Position numbers and translations under genes: made by a program. Shown in pieces: positions 10,394 to 21,198 of a DNA stretch of 64,000 bases. The stretch covers positions 64,001 to 128,000 of the forward strand of contig CAXXVS010000003.1 of assembly GCA_963674755.2 (NCBI GenBank), in the 5' to 3' direction. Position 1 is the stretch's first letter, and each line of letters begins with the position of its first letter. Source of the DNA: Desulfobacterales bacterium (GTDB lineage: Bacteria; Desulfobacterota; Desulfobacteria; Desulfobacterales; UBA5852). The notes under the pieces were generated by a model, which did not search any database, had not been told where the DNA came from, and saw only the letters and a program-made list of their open reading frames with translations.

Positions 10394-11053
10394 TCAGGAC
10401 CCGTCCCATCCGTTTTCACCGATAAGCTTGACAAAGCGGCAGCCGCCGAGACTGACCTGATGCCATCCCTTCTCATCTTTGACAATTTTTACCAAGTCTT
10501 GGGTAAACTGGTTGCCGACGGGCAATACCATGCGACCGCCCACCGCGAGCTGTGCCAAAAGGACATTCGGAATACGGGGAGCGCCGGCGGTAACAATGAC
10601 GGCATCAAAGGGACTTTCTTGCTTCCATCCCATGGTACCGTCTGAGTAGCGCGTTACGATATTGTGGTATTGCAATTCATCAAAAAGCTTTCGAGCCCGG
10701 CGATAAAGGGGGTACAATCGTTCGATCGTGTATACCCGATAGGCGATTTCAGCCAGGACCGCGGCCTGATATCCTGATCCCGTACCGATCTCAAGCACCC
10801 GGTCATTAGGTGTAATCGCAAGCGCCTGGGTCATCTCCGCGACAATGAATGGTTGGGATATGGTTTGCTGCTCGCCGATCGGCAGGGGATAATCTTCGTA
10901 AGCTTTGTGACGGAGGGCTTCGCTGACAAACAAATGGCGGGGCACACGGCGCATCGCCGCAAGCACCAAGGGATCGGAGATATGACGCGCCTCAATCTGC
11001 CGTTTGACCATCTCGTCTCGACGGCGGTCATATGTGTGCCCCGAATCTGCCAT
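10394..11053 (-). CDS. pcm: Protein-L-isoaspartate O-methyltransferase
   Basis: VPRHLFV, QTISQPFIVA, VLEIGTGSGYQAA and PFDAVIVTA motifs. Confidence 0.95.
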   Translation of the reverse strand: MADSGHTYDRRRDEMVKRQIEARHISDPLVLAAMRRVPRHLFVSEALRHKAYEDYPLPIGEQQTISQPFIVAEMTQALAITPNDRVLEIGTGSGYQAAVLAEIAYRVYTIERLYPLYRRARKLFDELQYHNIVTRYSDGTMGWKQESPFDAVIVTAGAPRIPNVLLAQLAVGGRMVLPVGNQFTQDLVKIVKDEKGWHQVSLGGCRFVKLIGENGWDGS

Positions 11054-11191
11054 GGTGAGGTCTTTAACAGTCGGCCTCGATTTCGTCAAGAATCGCCGCG
11101 CAATGCCGGATGAACCACTAGGGGGCCGGAAAAACCGTTATTTAGCGCATTGAAAAAATACAGGACGCCCCCAACGGACCGTCCCATGGGG

Positions 11192-11779
11192 TCAGATTTT
11201 ATAAATCGTACGCTTGTCCGTAATAATAATATCGACATGTTTATCATGGGATTCGGTAGGAATTTGGGGAACGATCTGATCTTCCATCGCAAGCGCCACT
11301 TTGCGGGTTGTGATGGGTAGTTGGGGGATAAGCCGATCGTAATAGCCTTCGCCCGCACCCAGCCGGCCCCCTTTTTCATCCACGGCAATACAGGGAATGA
11401 TGGCGATATCGATGCACTCCATCGGCACCTCACGGCATCGCTCCGGATTGGGTTCCGGAAGTCCGTTGGGCCCCTCCACCATATCACGATGAGGATCGTC
11501 AACCTTTAACAGGCGCACCTTCTTTTTTTCCGACCCAAACATCGGCAGAACAATGATTTTGCCGTAATCGAACGTTTTGCTGAGGATGTTCCGGGTGTCG
11601 ACCTCGTTTTTATCCGCCACGTACAATAGAACGATGCGGGCTTCCAGAAAATTGGCAAAATCAAACAGGCGGGTTCCGATTTCGCTGATTTTCAAGCGGC
11701 GTTCTTCCTCAGGCAGCGCCTTGAGGGCTGCATCGATTTTTTCACGTAACTCCCGCTTCGCTTCCCGAATTTCCTCCAT
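11192..11779 (-). CDS. 5-formyltetrahydrofolate cyclo-ligase
   Basis: KRELRE, EVDT, RLGAGEGYYDR and ESHDKHVD motifs. Confidence 0.92.
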   Translation of the reverse strand: MEEIREAKRELREKIDAALKALPEEERRLKISEIGTRLFDFANFLEARIVLLYVADKNEVDTRNILSKTFDYGKIIVLPMFGSEKKKVRLLKVDDPHRDMVEGPNGLPEPNPERCREVPMECIDIAIIPCIAVDEKGGRLGAGEGYYDRLIPQLPITTRKVALAMEDQIVPQIPTESHDKHVDIIITDKRTIYKI

Positions 11780-11953
11780 GGTAACCCCCAGCCCTGTTCA
11801 TGTGTTCAAATCCGTATCCGAACCAGCCCACCTGATTCAACTAGCAATAATAATTGACTAGATTTACAGCAGGTGTTAGCCTTCGCCTTCGGTTTTATGA
11901 ATCAGATGGATCACAGTACAACATTTGAATAACCTTCAATAATAGGTATTCAT

Positions 11954-13228
11954 ATGCTCGAAATCAAGTTCATCCGGCAAAAATTGACGGACGTAAAACA
12001 GGCGATTGAAAACCGAGGCGATTCCGTCGATTGGGAAGCGCTGATCACCGCGGATGATAACCGCAAAACCATTTTACAAGAAATTGAGGGGCTGCGACAT
12101 AAACGCAATGTGGTGTCGGACCAAATCGCCGAACTGAAAAAAAAAGGCGCATCCTCCGACGGGCCGGTGACTGAAATGCGGGAGGTCTCTACCCGTATCA
12201 AAACCTTGGACAAAGACTTGGCCCAAAACGAAACCGTCCTGCAATCCATTCTGATGCGGATTCCCAATCTGCCCCATGCAAGTGTTCCCATCGGTCGGGA
12301 TGAAAATGACAACCCCGTCGTAAAAACCATCGGCCATCCGCCGGAATGGGATTTTGAGCCCCAAGCCCATTGGGATATTGGTGAAAATTTGGGCATTCTC
12401 GACTTCAAAAGAGCTGCCCGGATCACCGGTGCCCGCTTTCCACTGTATTTTGGTACAGGGGCCTTGATGGAACGGGCGCTGATCAATTTTATGCTCGATC
12501 TGCATGTCAACACGCACGGGTATAAGGAAGTGCTGCCCCCTTTTATCGTCAATCGCGACAGCATGACCCATACAGGTCAGCTGCCCAAGTTTGAAGAGGA
12601 TTTGTTCAAGCTGGAAGGCGTGGATTATTACCTCATTCCGACGGCCGAAGTACCGGTAACCAATATCCACCACGATGAAATCCTCAGCGAAGAACAGCTG
12701 CCGATCCATTACACGGCCTACACGCCTTGCTTTCGATCAGAAGCCGGATCCCACGGCAAAGATACCCGGGGTCTTATCCGCCAGCACCAGTTCAACAAGG
12801 TCGAGTTGGTCAAATTTACGACCCCGGAGACGTCCTATGATGAACTTGAACAACTTCTGCAAAACGCTGAAAGCGTTCTCCAGAAACTAGAACTTCCCTA
12901 TCGGGTCATCACACTCTGTACCGGAGATTTAGGTTTTTCCGCTGCCAAAACTTATGATATCGAAGTCTGGATGCCTGCTCAAGGTGTCTACCGTGAGATA
13001 TCCTCTTGCAGTAATTTCGAGGACTTTCAAGCTCGACGAGGCAATATTCGCTTTCGCCGCAAGGAACGCAAAGGTACCGAATTTGTCCATACCCTCAATG
13101 GATCAGGTCTCGCCGTAGGCCGAACCTTTGCCGCAATTCTTGAGAACTACCAACAGCCCGACGGGACTGTTACGGTACCGAAGGCGTTACAACCTTACAT
13201 GGGGAATATCGAGAGCCTTTCACAATGA
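11954..13228 (+). CDS. serS: Serine--tRNA ligase
   Basis: [37 protein letters not shown] and [12 protein letters not shown] motifs. Confidence 0.98.
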   Translation: MLEIKFIRQKLTDVKQAIENRGDSVDWEALITADDNRKTILQEIEGLRHKRNVVSDQIAELKKKGASSDGPVTEMREVSTRIKTLDKDLAQNETVLQSILMRIPNLPHASVPIGRDENDNPVVKTIGHPPEWDFEPQAHWDIGENLGILDFKRAARITGARFPLYFGTGALMERALINFMLDLHVNTHGYKEVLPPFIVNRDSMTHTGQLPKFEEDLFKLEGVDYYLIPTAEVPVTNIHHDEILSEEQLPIHYTAYTPCFRSEAGSHGKDTRGLIRQHQFNKVELVKFTTPETSYDELEQLLQNAESVLQKLELPYRVITLCTGDLGFSAAKTYDIEVWMPAQGVYREISSCSNFEDFQARRGNIRFRRKERKGTEFVHTLNGSGLAVGRTFAAILENYQQPDGTVTVPKALQPYMGNIESLSQ

Positions 13229-14736
13229 GAATCGAGCGCTTTCCTGAAGACATTCGCCCCTATCTCATCCCTCAACCAGCAGGGGAAATGGTATACCGTT
13301 GCCTGGGATGTTCGGAAACATTCGGCATTGACGAGCTGCACTATGTCTGCCCGCACTGCCGGCAGGTACTGCTCATTGAAGACCTTGAATCATACCGTTT
13401 GAAAGAACGATCCGGCGCCTTATGGCATCAAATCTTTGATTACCGCAAAATGCTGAACCATCCCGCTCTCAGGGGCATCTACCGCTATCATGAATTTATC
13501 GGTCCGGTACTGCCTCTGGACAGCATCGTCTACTTGGGGGAGGGCGGCACACCGCTTATTGAGGGGAATCAACTTCTTCAAGAGCGGGTCGGTCTCAAGC
13601 TGTACGTCAAAAATGAGGGCCAGAATCCCAGTGCTTCTTTCAAGGACCGGGGCATGGCAAGCGCCTTCAGCTATCTTTCCTATATGATTCGTACCGGTCA
13701 GCTTGCCGATATTCTTGCGGTTTGCGCTTCGACGGGAGACACCAGTGCCGCGGCGGCGCTTTATGCCGCCTACATGTCGCAAAGCATCAAATCAGCCGTT
13801 CTGTTGCCGCATGGCAAGGTTACACCCCAGCAATTGTCACAACCTCTGGGTAGCGGCGCGCGGGTTTTTGAAATACCCGGCGTCTTCGATGACTGCATGA
13901 AAGTTGTCGAAAAGTTATCCGAAACCTACCAAGTTGCCTTGTTGAACTCCAAAAATGCTTGGCGCATCCTGGGCCAGGAATCCTACGCTTATGAAATTGC
14001 GCAGGACTTCGACTACGACCTAAAAAACGTCGTCGTTGTCGTACCTATCGGCAATGCAGGCAACATTACCGCGATTATGCGGGGCTTCCTTAAATTTCAG
14101 GATGCCGGCATTATATCCCATCTTCCTAAAATCATCGGCGTCCAATCCGAGCACGCCAATCCGGTTTATCGTTATTACCTCGAACCCGACCCCAAACAAA
14201 GAAAATTTGAGCCTGTCACGGTTCGGTCGAGTGTGGCCCAAGCCGCCATGATCGGGAATCCGGTTTCCATGCCGCGCGTCATACACCTTGTGGAACACTA
14301 CCAGGCACGTGCCGAGGGTGGCGTTTCCTTTGTTCAAGTCACGGAACAGGATATCATGGACTGGCAGCTGGTTGCCAACCGCAACGGCCATATTGCCTGC
14401 ACCCATGGCGGTGAATGTCTGGCTGGGCTGATGCAAGCCCTTGCGTCCGGTTACGTTTCCACGGGCGAGACGGCTATTTTGGACTCGACCGCTCATTCAT
14501 TAAAATTTGCCGGCTTTCAAGACCTCTATTTCGAAGGCTGCTTCCCGCCGGAATTTGATATTCAACCCAAGAATGAGCTGAAGAATAAACCTGTTTTGGT
14601 AACACCGAAAGATATAAAAAACCTGCCTCAAGCCGGCACCCCTCTTAAGGGTGAGGCATTTGAGAAATTTGTCGAGCATGTTGCGCGGGATATCGCCACC
14701 TACCTGAAGCTGAAAACGCTTAATCAACAACGGTAA
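13225..14736 (+). CDS. thrC: Threonine synthase
   Basis: PLP lysine in [28 protein letters not shown] and an N-terminal Zn ribbon. Overlaps serS by 4 bp. Confidence 0.92.
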   Translation: MRIERFPEDIRPYLIPQPAGEMVYRCLGCSETFGIDELHYVCPHCRQVLLIEDLESYRLKERSGALWHQIFDYRKMLNHPALRGIYRYHEFIGPVLPLDSIVYLGEGGTPLIEGNQLLQERVGLKLYVKNEGQNPSASFKDRGMASAFSYLSYMIRTGQLADILAVCASTGDTSAAAALYAAYMSQSIKSAVLLPHGKVTPQQLSQPLGSGARVFEIPGVFDDCMKVVEKLSETYQVALLNSKNAWRILGQESYAYEIAQDFDYDLKNVVVVVPIGNAGNITAIMRGFLKFQDAGIISHLPKIIGVQSEHANPVYRYYLEPDPKQRKFEPVTVRSSVAQAAMIGNPVSMPRVIHLVEHYQARAEGGVSFVQVTEQDIMDWQLVANRNGHIACTHGGECLAGLMQALASGYVSTGETAILDSTAHSLKFAGFQDLYFEGCFPPEFDIQPKNELKNKPVLVTPKDIKNLPQAGTPLKGEAFEKFVEHVARDIATYLKLKTLNQQR

Positions 14737-14842
14737 CCATCAAGAATACGGCACGGTATCAGGAACTGTGGCAGCCATCTTCAGCTTCGACTGCGGGCAC
14801 GCATTCAGGGCGGATTTACCCATCATCGATAGGGAATATCAT

Positions 14843-15637
14843 ATGAAAAAAGCCATTAAGCCTATTTTCTGGTTATCAATAATGATTCTCCCTTTGATGG
14901 CATGTGCCACGACAGATTATACTGTCGAAAAGAGCAAGGCCATATCAAAAGATAATCAAAGGTTAGCGGACGCATACTATCGCCAGGGTGACTACACGAA
15001 TGCCCTCCGCTATTATCTCGAGGCCGCAAAATATTTTACGGACGATCCAGAATTGCAATACCAGCTAGGAATGACCTTTCAGGAAAAAATGAATTACAAG
15101 CTTGCAGAAGAACATTTGCGCCGCGCATTGGCCCTTAAACCCGATATGACGAAAGCAAAAATCGGCCTGAGCGTTTCATACATTAAAGCGAAAGAGTATG
15201 ACCAGGCGATCACAATTTTAAAAGAAACCATCGAAGGTTTATCGTTTGAGATATATACCAAACCGCAATACCCGAAGTATCTCCTTGGATGGACCTATTA
15301 TTTAGAGGGGCAATATCCTGAATCAAGGCAGTACTTGCAGGAAGCACTCGATTATTACGAGTCCGGACTTCCTAAAGATGCCATTTATGTCCAAGCCCTG
15401 CGCGTCATGGGACTGGATGCCCTCTCACAATCCAGACCAGAGCAAGCGATAAGCTATTTTGAAAAAATCATTCCTTTTGCCCCCAAATGGCCGGACCTTT
15501 ATCTAGACATGGCTCGGGCCTTCCGATTGGCAGGTGATGCGCCCCGCGCAAGGCAAGCCTACCAGCGAGTAATTGAGCTAGCCCCGACTTCGGATTTGGC
15601 TAACACGGCTGCGACTGAGTTGTCTCTTCTGAAGTGA
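14843..15637 (+). CDS. TPR lipoprotein (PilF/Tgl pilotin-like)
   Basis: Lipobox LMAC followed by multiple TPR helices; convergent with pilQ. Confidence 0.7.
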   Translation: MKKAIKPIFWLSIMILPLMACATTDYTVEKSKAISKDNQRLADAYYRQGDYTNALRYYLEAAKYFTDDPELQYQLGMTFQEKMNYKLAEEHLRRALALKPDMTKAKIGLSVSYIKAKEYDQAITILKETIEGLSFEIYTKPQYPKYLLGWTYYLEGQYPESRQYLQEALDYYESGLPKDAIYVQALRVMGLDALSQSRPEQAISYFEKIIPFAPKWPDLYLDMARAFRLAGDAPRARQAYQRVIELAPTSDLANTAATELSLLK

Positions 15638-15878
15638 TCTCCTAAAAAGAGAAACACCTGAACGGGCGAAGGCGCTGATAGCGTGGTTAAAAGGTAAGTC
15701 GACAAAATAGTGTCGACTCACTCCCCTGTGTGCAGCCAGTTAAATGCAGAAAACCAGGGATAGCGTCGCTCATGTTCAAACGGTCTAAATCGGCCTTCTG
15801 AGAGTCGATCCATGTGGCCCTTCGTTGTAGTGGCATCTGGAAAAAAGGAAGCCGCTTTTTCATCGAGTCGACCAAAAA

Positions 15879-15906
15879 AAATCCCCCTTTAGACAAGTGG
15901 GATTTC
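15879..15906. repeat. Left copy of duplicated hairpin target (long direct repeat flanking the IS)
   Basis: AAATCCCCCTTTAGACAAGTGGGATTTC versus AAATCCCCCTTTAAGCAAGGGGGATTTT at 16971-16998. Confidence 0.75.
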
Positions 15907-16969
15907 AGCCTGTTGACATAGTCCCCACAAACAGTGGGGATTTTGTCATAATGGATCATGCTAAAAAGCGCTATGAAACCCAAGGGCAAATGGGATTCCT
16001 CAGCATCGAGCAGTTAGTACCCCACGATCACCTTCTGCGCAAAATCCACAAGATGCTCTTTATCGATTACCTTTTCGGCATTCGCAGCGGGCGCCAACTG
16101 GTCAAGGAGGTCGAGGTCAACTGCCTATCGCTGGCTTTTAGGGGTTGGCTTGCGCGAGAAGGATCCGAGCCACTCGACTTTCAGCAAGAACCGACAGCGG
16201 CGGTTTAATGACAACCCCGTCCACCAGGAGATATTTGACGAGATCGTGTTGCAGGCGATCAAGCGCAAGATGGTCCCCGGGCGAATTCTTTACACCGATT
16301 CAACCCAGCTTAAAGCCAGCGCCAACAAAACCAAATTTGGCAAGCAACAGGCTCAAGCCCCTGAAGTCAAAGAGGGCAGGGTCAGCACCACGGATCCAGC
16401 CAGCGGCTATATGTTCCGCAAGGACAAGCCCAGCCCAAAGGCTATTTTATCTGGATCATCGCACGGTGGATGGCAAGCACAACATAATTGCCGGCACCCA
16501 TGTGGCCCCGGGCAATGTGCATGACAGCATCCCCTATCTGGGGCGTTTGGATCGTCAGCGCGAGCGCTTTGGATTTGAGGTGGAAGCGATGGGATTAGAT
16601 GCGGGTTATTACACGGCGGCGATTTGCAAGGGCATAGAGGATCGAGGGATAAGCGGGGTGCTTGCCTATAGCCGTCTCCGGTGCACCGCAAGGGGTATCT
16701 GCCCAAAAGTGCCTTTGTCTATGATGAGCATTTTGGCTGTTTTCTGTGTCCGAAAAACCATGCCCTTACTAATGGGGTTAAAACCCACCCGACATGGAGA
16801 AATTATAGATCCACTATTGACGGTTAAAACGCGAAATACGTGTCGGGTGTAAAATGACCCCATTAAGTAAGTACTGTAGCGTAAACAAAACGTCTTTATG
16901 ACCGTTTAAGGCGATGGGCCAAAAAATAACAAACCCCGCCTCAAATAAGACGGGGTTTGTCAAAGATCT
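15907..16969 (+). mobile_element. Decayed IS1182-family insertion sequence
   Basis: Imperfect terminal inverted repeats AGCCTGTTGACATAGTCCCC / GGGGTTTGTCAAAGATCT, transposase fragments inside and flanking direct repeats. Confidence 0.8.
15958..16852 (+). pseudogene. IS1182-family transposase pseudogene
   Basis: Fragments in three frames: SIEQLVPHDHLLRKI...KMLFIDYLFGIRSGRQLVKEV; PSHSTFSKNRQRRF...YTDSTQLKASANK...STTDP; FYLDHRTVDGKHNII...PGNVHDS...LDAGY. Frameshifts and internal deletions. Confidence 0.85.
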
Positions 16970-16970
16970 G

Positions 16971-16998
16971 AAATCCCCCTTTAAGCAAGGGGGATTTT
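16971..16998 (-). terminator. Putative intrinsic (possibly bidirectional) terminator after pilQ; right direct repeat of the IS
   Basis: AAATCCCCCTT-N6-AAGGGGGATTT stem-loop 20 bp beyond the pilQ stop. Confidence 0.65.
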
Positions 16999-17018
16999 CA
17001 TGATTGGCGCTACTGCAC

Positions 17019-19880
17019 CTAGAATTTTGTGCTTTTTACTTCCTTTTGCGCCAGTTTCACGATTTTGGGCGTTAGGAAAATTAGCAATTCCTTTTGCTGA
17101 TCGGTTTTTGAACTGTATTTAAAAAGAAGGCCTAACCCGGGTATTTTACGCAACCCTGGAATACCATCCTCGCCTTCTGAAACAGTAGCTTTTATGATAC
17201 CTCCGATCACTATCGTTTCACCGTCTTCCAGCAACAATTCTGTGTTGGCCTGGTTGGTGGACAAGGGAGGATTTTCCACCAACAGGTCTACAACATCATC
17301 CTTTTGGACCTGAACCGCCAGCATTACCCGGTTATCTGGGGTCACTTTGGGCCGTACGCGCAGTTCCAGGTCAACATTTTTGAATTTTACGGATGACCCT
17401 CCAGCTGAATCCCGCTCAAGGTAGGCAATTTCAAAACCCTGCTTGATAACCGCCAACTTGCCATCAAGAGTTAGAATTTTTGGTGCGGAAATAATCCTCG
17501 TTTTTCCCTCCGACTCCCCTAATTGCAGGCGGGCATCGATGATATCAAACGATGTTCCGGAAAGTTTGCTCAGACCGAATCCAATCGAGCCATTATTAGA
17601 AGCTGTGGCAGGGATGTTATCAGACGTCATATCGATGCCGGTAACTTGGAAAACATCTCCCAGGTTGAAGCTACCAATACTGACGGTGCCCCAATCAAAA
17701 CCAATGTCCCTTGAGAAATCGGTATTGGCTTCGACAATGCGCGCTTCAATCAGTACCTGTGGCGTCACCTGATCCAAGATGCGAATAATCTCTCGAATTC
17801 GTTCGATCGCCTTTGGTATATCGTTAGCGATAATCATATTCTTGTCGATATCGACAGAAATAGTCCCTCGAGGGCTGAATTTACTGTCCCAGCCGACCTC
17901 ATTGGGCTCCTCACATGTTCTTGCCAGATGAGCGCAGGCCGTATCTCTAGCATTGATGTAGCTGCAAAGAAAGAACTCTGTGACTAATTCTTCTTCCTCG
18001 TCTTTTTTCCGCGATGCTTCGAGTTTTTCACTTTCAAGCTTTTCTTCTCGCGCCAGTGTCGCCTGAGTCGCTATTCTATATATGCCCTGGTCCATTTTGA
18101 GGCCCAGTTGGTTCATCCGCAGAACCAAGTCAAGGACCTGATCCCAAGGAACGGGCTTCTCGAAATTCAAGGTAACCTTTCCTGTAACATCCTTGTCAAT
18201 GGCGAAGTTTTGGCCGGATATTTCGCCGAGAATTCGAAAGACGTTTTTAATATCTGTGTCATAAAAGTTTAACGCAATTTTTTCGCCCGTGTATACCTTC
18301 TTTTTGGTGAGAATATTTTCGTCGACTCTCTTGACAACATTTCCTTCGTCCATAAGAACTTCATTAGCAAGCCCCCACTTTTTGGACTCTTCATTGCTTC
18401 TCGCTTGTGGGGTTGCAGTAACAGCCTCTGCGGCGCCTTGTTTCGCTTCTGTCGATGCAGATGACCCTGGAGGCGTGCCGGCGAGATCTGTTTGGCCGGC
18501 TTCTTTTCCACTGAGGGCTTTCTTCCACTCGGGTTCAGCAGTGGCTTCCAAGGGTTTTGGCGGGACCGTTGAAGGCGCAAACCTAATGAAGATAAAATTA
18601 GCATCCTGTTCAATCTCATAAGGGACCGCCTCTCGCAGTTCGAATACGATCACCGCATTATTTCCCATTTGAGGCGTCTGCACAGGCGTAATACGATCGA
18701 CGGCGCTCTCGAATCGCGTCGTGATAAGGGGGCGCTTTCGATATTGCGGTACCCGGGTATCAAACAACCTTAGTTGCAGCTTGCGGTCGTTAACCTGTTC
18801 CAGGTCATATCGAACCGCATCGGTCGTACCGATGCTTACGAGGGATTCACCGCCTTCCGCGCCAGTAAATTCGATTTTATTTAACCACGCCGGGGTTGTC
18901 TTCTGCTCTTTTTGCTTAACACCTTCCGTAATTGCCTCTCCAGGCTCATTTGCCGCTACTTGTTCCACCGTTGCAGGGACGATTAGATCTTCTCTAATGA
19001 TTGGTTGTTCTTCGCTGACACTGATCATAAGACCATTCTTTAATGGCTTGGAAGCAAATGAAGTCATGTAAGCACGATCAGTATCTAGTACGACCCTCAG
19101 CTTATCAGGATAACAGAAGTGGCGCAATCCAGTTACCCATTTTGAATCCACTTCAACCTTTTGCAAACCCTTATAAGGGCTTCCTATGTTGTAAATGTCA
19201 AAAACGATTCGGGGTGGATTATCGATGGTAAAGGCCGTATAGTCTTGAATCTGACCGTCCGCCACGACCAAGATATCAATCCCGTCTGTATGCTTTTGAA
19301 CATTAAAAGTGTCGATGCATGTCCCCTTTGGCGCAGTCGCAATATCGGCAGGCTCGTCTTCTATTTGGGCCTCCACATCAACAGCCGCATTCTCATCTGC
19401 CGATGCTTGATCAACGACTGCCTCCTTAGAAAAGGTGACAAAAATACCATTCTCTGACTGCTCAATGCTATATAGGACTTCTCTTTGCAGGGATACAGAT
19501 ATTTTAGCGGTTTGGCCGTCAGTAACAACCGTTGATGTATTGACATGCTCAACCGGATCAAGGTCAACATTATACTGGTTATTTAGTCCTTCAAGTTCAG
19601 TGCCTGGAAAATAGAAAGTCACCTCCGGCGGAGATGTCTTTCTTATATCCGAAAAGAGCAAATCAGGACTTCCCTCAATGGAAAGAAGTACGTTATTACC
19701 ATCTTCAGTGACTGCGATGTTGGTGATCTTCCTCAAGTCGTTGTTGGATAGATCGCCCGTATCTGTTGGAGTTGCTACTGGGTTTCCGGCGCATCCTAAA
19801 AATACAAATGACAGCATAATAATGCAACCGAAGGCAGCAGCAATTCTTGACCTGGCGTTGGTTGAGCCTATGAAGCGCAT
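17019..19880 (-). CDS. pilQ: Type IV pilus secretin with AMIN domains
   Basis: Lipobox FLGC, AMIN repeats (PPRIVFDI, DKLRVVLD), YTGEKIALNF, VPWDQVLD, QVLIEARIVEA and ELLIFLTPKIV. Confidence 0.95.
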   Translation of the reverse strand: MRFIGSTNARSRIAAAFGCIIMLSFVFLGCAGNPVATPTDTGDLSNNDLRKITNIAVTEDGNNVLLSIEGSPDLLFSDIRKTSPPEVTFYFPGTELEGLNNQYNVDLDPVEHVNTSTVVTDGQTAKISVSLQREVLYSIEQSENGIFVTFSKEAVVDQASADENAAVDVEAQIEDEPADIATAPKGTCIDTFNVQKHTDGIDILVVADGQIQDYTAFTIDNPPRIVFDIYNIGSPYKGLQKVEVDSKWVTGLRHFCYPDKLRVVLDTDRAYMTSFASKPLKNGLMISVSEEQPIIREDLIVPATVEQVAANEPGEAITEGVKQKEQKTTPAWLNKIEFTGAEGGESLVSIGTTDAVRYDLEQVNDRKLQLRLFDTRVPQYRKRPLITTRFESAVDRITPVQTPQMGNNAVIVFELREAVPYEIEQDANFIFIRFAPSTVPPKPLEATAEPEWKKALSGKEAGQTDLAGTPPGSSASTEAKQGAAEAVTATPQARSNEESKKWGLANEVLMDEGNVVKRVDENILTKKKVYTGEKIALNFYDTDIKNVFRILGEISGQNFAIDKDVTGKVTLNFEKPVPWDQVLDLVLRMNQLGLKMDQGIYRIATQATLAREEKLESEKLEASRKKDEEEELVTEFFLCSYINARDTACAHLARTCEEPNEVGWDSKFSPRGTISVDIDKNMIIANDIPKAIERIREIIRILDQVTPQVLIEARIVEANTDFSRDIGFDWGTVSIGSFNLGDVFQVTGIDMTSDNIPATASNNGSIGFGLSKLSGTSFDIIDARLQLGESEGKTRIISAPKILTLDGKLAVIKQGFEIAYLERDSAGGSSVKFKNVDLELRVRPKVTPDNRVMLAVQVQKDDVVDLLVENPPLSTNQANTELLLEDGETIVIGGIIKATVSEGEDGIPGLRKIPGLGLLFKYSSKTDQQKELLIFLTPKIVKLAQKEVKSTKF

Positions 19881-19885
19881 TCTTA

Positions 19886-20518
19886 TTAGTCTCCAGGAGG
19901 TTTCTGAAGTTTAAGTTCACGTTTACTAATAGTCATTTTGCCAAAATCATTCTGGGCTTTATTCTCGATAATAATACGATCTGGATCTATCGCCACCACG
20001 GTGCCTCTTTCGAGTCCGATCTTTGTTCCAATCTCGACTACATACCCTTTACCTGAGGCCTCTTCAACCAATGCACGTTTCTGATTTTTCGTCGTCACAA
20101 TTGCTGTGAGCTTCAATTGGGCCAAGTCAAGTTTCTCCAAAGGGGTTCTGGGCCGTTCGGGTTCCTTTGGCCTAGCAACTATGTCCTCGGGTTTTTTCTT
20201 TGTTTCCTCCTTAAAAAGAGGTGCAAAGGGATCGACCTTGCCGATTGGATTGTATGGCGTACGTTTGTTGACCGCATTGTCGGCGATCTCAGGCGATGGC
20301 TTGCCATCGGCCGGAGTACGGGGTTTGTCTTTGATATTCTCGTTTGGTTTTTCGTTTTTTTTGGCGATAGAAGCGATTTGCTTCGTAACTACTGGTTCTT
20401 TTGGTGTTGCCTTTTTACCCTCACATCCCAAAAGAACAAGAGCAAAGCACGCTGTCAAAATAATGGCTATGCGGTTTGCAGCTTTCAATCTGCCAATTCC
20501 TGATCGTTGAATTATCAT
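19886..20518 (-). CDS. pilP: Type IV pilus assembly lipoprotein
   Basis: Lipobox LLGC, YNPIGKVDPFAP, TPLEKLDLAQLKL. Start uncertain (20518 or 20536). Confidence 0.88.
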   Translation of the reverse strand: MIIQRSGIGRLKAANRIAIILTACFALVLLGCEGKKATPKEPVVTKQIASIAKKNEKPNENIKDKPRTPADGKPSPEIADNAVNKRTPYNPIGKVDPFAPLFKEETKKKPEDIVARPKEPERPRTPLEKLDLAQLKLTAIVTTKNQKRALVEEASGKGYVVEIGTKIGLERGTVVAIDPDRIIIENKAQNDFGKMTISKRELKLQKPPGD

Positions 20519-20549
20519 GTTCAGCTCGATTTGCATATCTGAAATAGGG

Positions 20550-21182
20550 TTACTTTTTCTTAAGCTTTTTCTCTGCGGGCTTAGCATTCGCCGGATTGGT
20601 CTCAATGAATTTATAGGTGACAGCTTCACAAGAAGTTATCAGCACCCCGGCCTTATCCCTACTCATCTGAATATTGCGAATATTCACTATTCGTGAAAGA
20701 TTTGCGACCTTATCGAAAAACTCGGCGACATTGTGGTATCCACCCTGTACCCGGATCGAGACGGGTATTTCCGCATAAAAATTTTTATTCACCTCATTCT
20801 GTGGCTGGAATAGAAGAAAATCCAGCCCTGCCTGTTGTCCCGATTGCGATATTCCTGTTAATAAAGATGAAATCTCTTCTTTTTCAGGAAGCGATTTCAT
20901 CACCAGGTTGAAATCGCGTTGTTTAGACTCGAATTCCTTTCGAAGGGATTCGAGTTGCTGCGCATTCTTTTTAGAGCGTTCTAGGTCGGCCGTAAGTCTT
21001 TTGTATTCTGAATCGAGCTTTCCAATGCTCTGCCATCTAGGCCAGTAAGATAGAAACCAGAACAGCACAAAGATCACTGCAAACACACCGACACATATCA
21101 TTATGCGTTGGACTTTTGAAAACTCACTTACACGATCGAACAGTGCGTCTAGTTGTTTTGATGAACCTATTGCTTTATTCAT
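20550..21182 (-). CDS. pilO: Type IV pilus inner-membrane component
   Basis: N-terminal TM helix, LPEKEEISSLL, FYAEIPV and LSRIVN. Confidence 0.92.
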   Translation of the reverse strand: MNKAIGSSKQLDALFDRVSEFSKVQRIMICVGVFAVIFVLFWFLSYWPRWQSIGKLDSEYKRLTADLERSKKNAQQLESLRKEFESKQRDFNLVMKSLPEKEEISSLLTGISQSGQQAGLDFLLFQPQNEVNKNFYAEIPVSIRVQGGYHNVAEFFDKVANLSRIVNIRNIQMSRDKAGVLITSCEAVTYKFIETNPANAKPAEKKLKKK

Positions 21183-21198
21183 TATTTATACTCGTCAG

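Noticed and set aside
11780..11953. 6S RNA upstream of the 5-FTHF cyclo-ligase gene
   Set aside because: The region is only 174 bp, is shared with the divergent serS promoter, and shows no long irregular hairpin.
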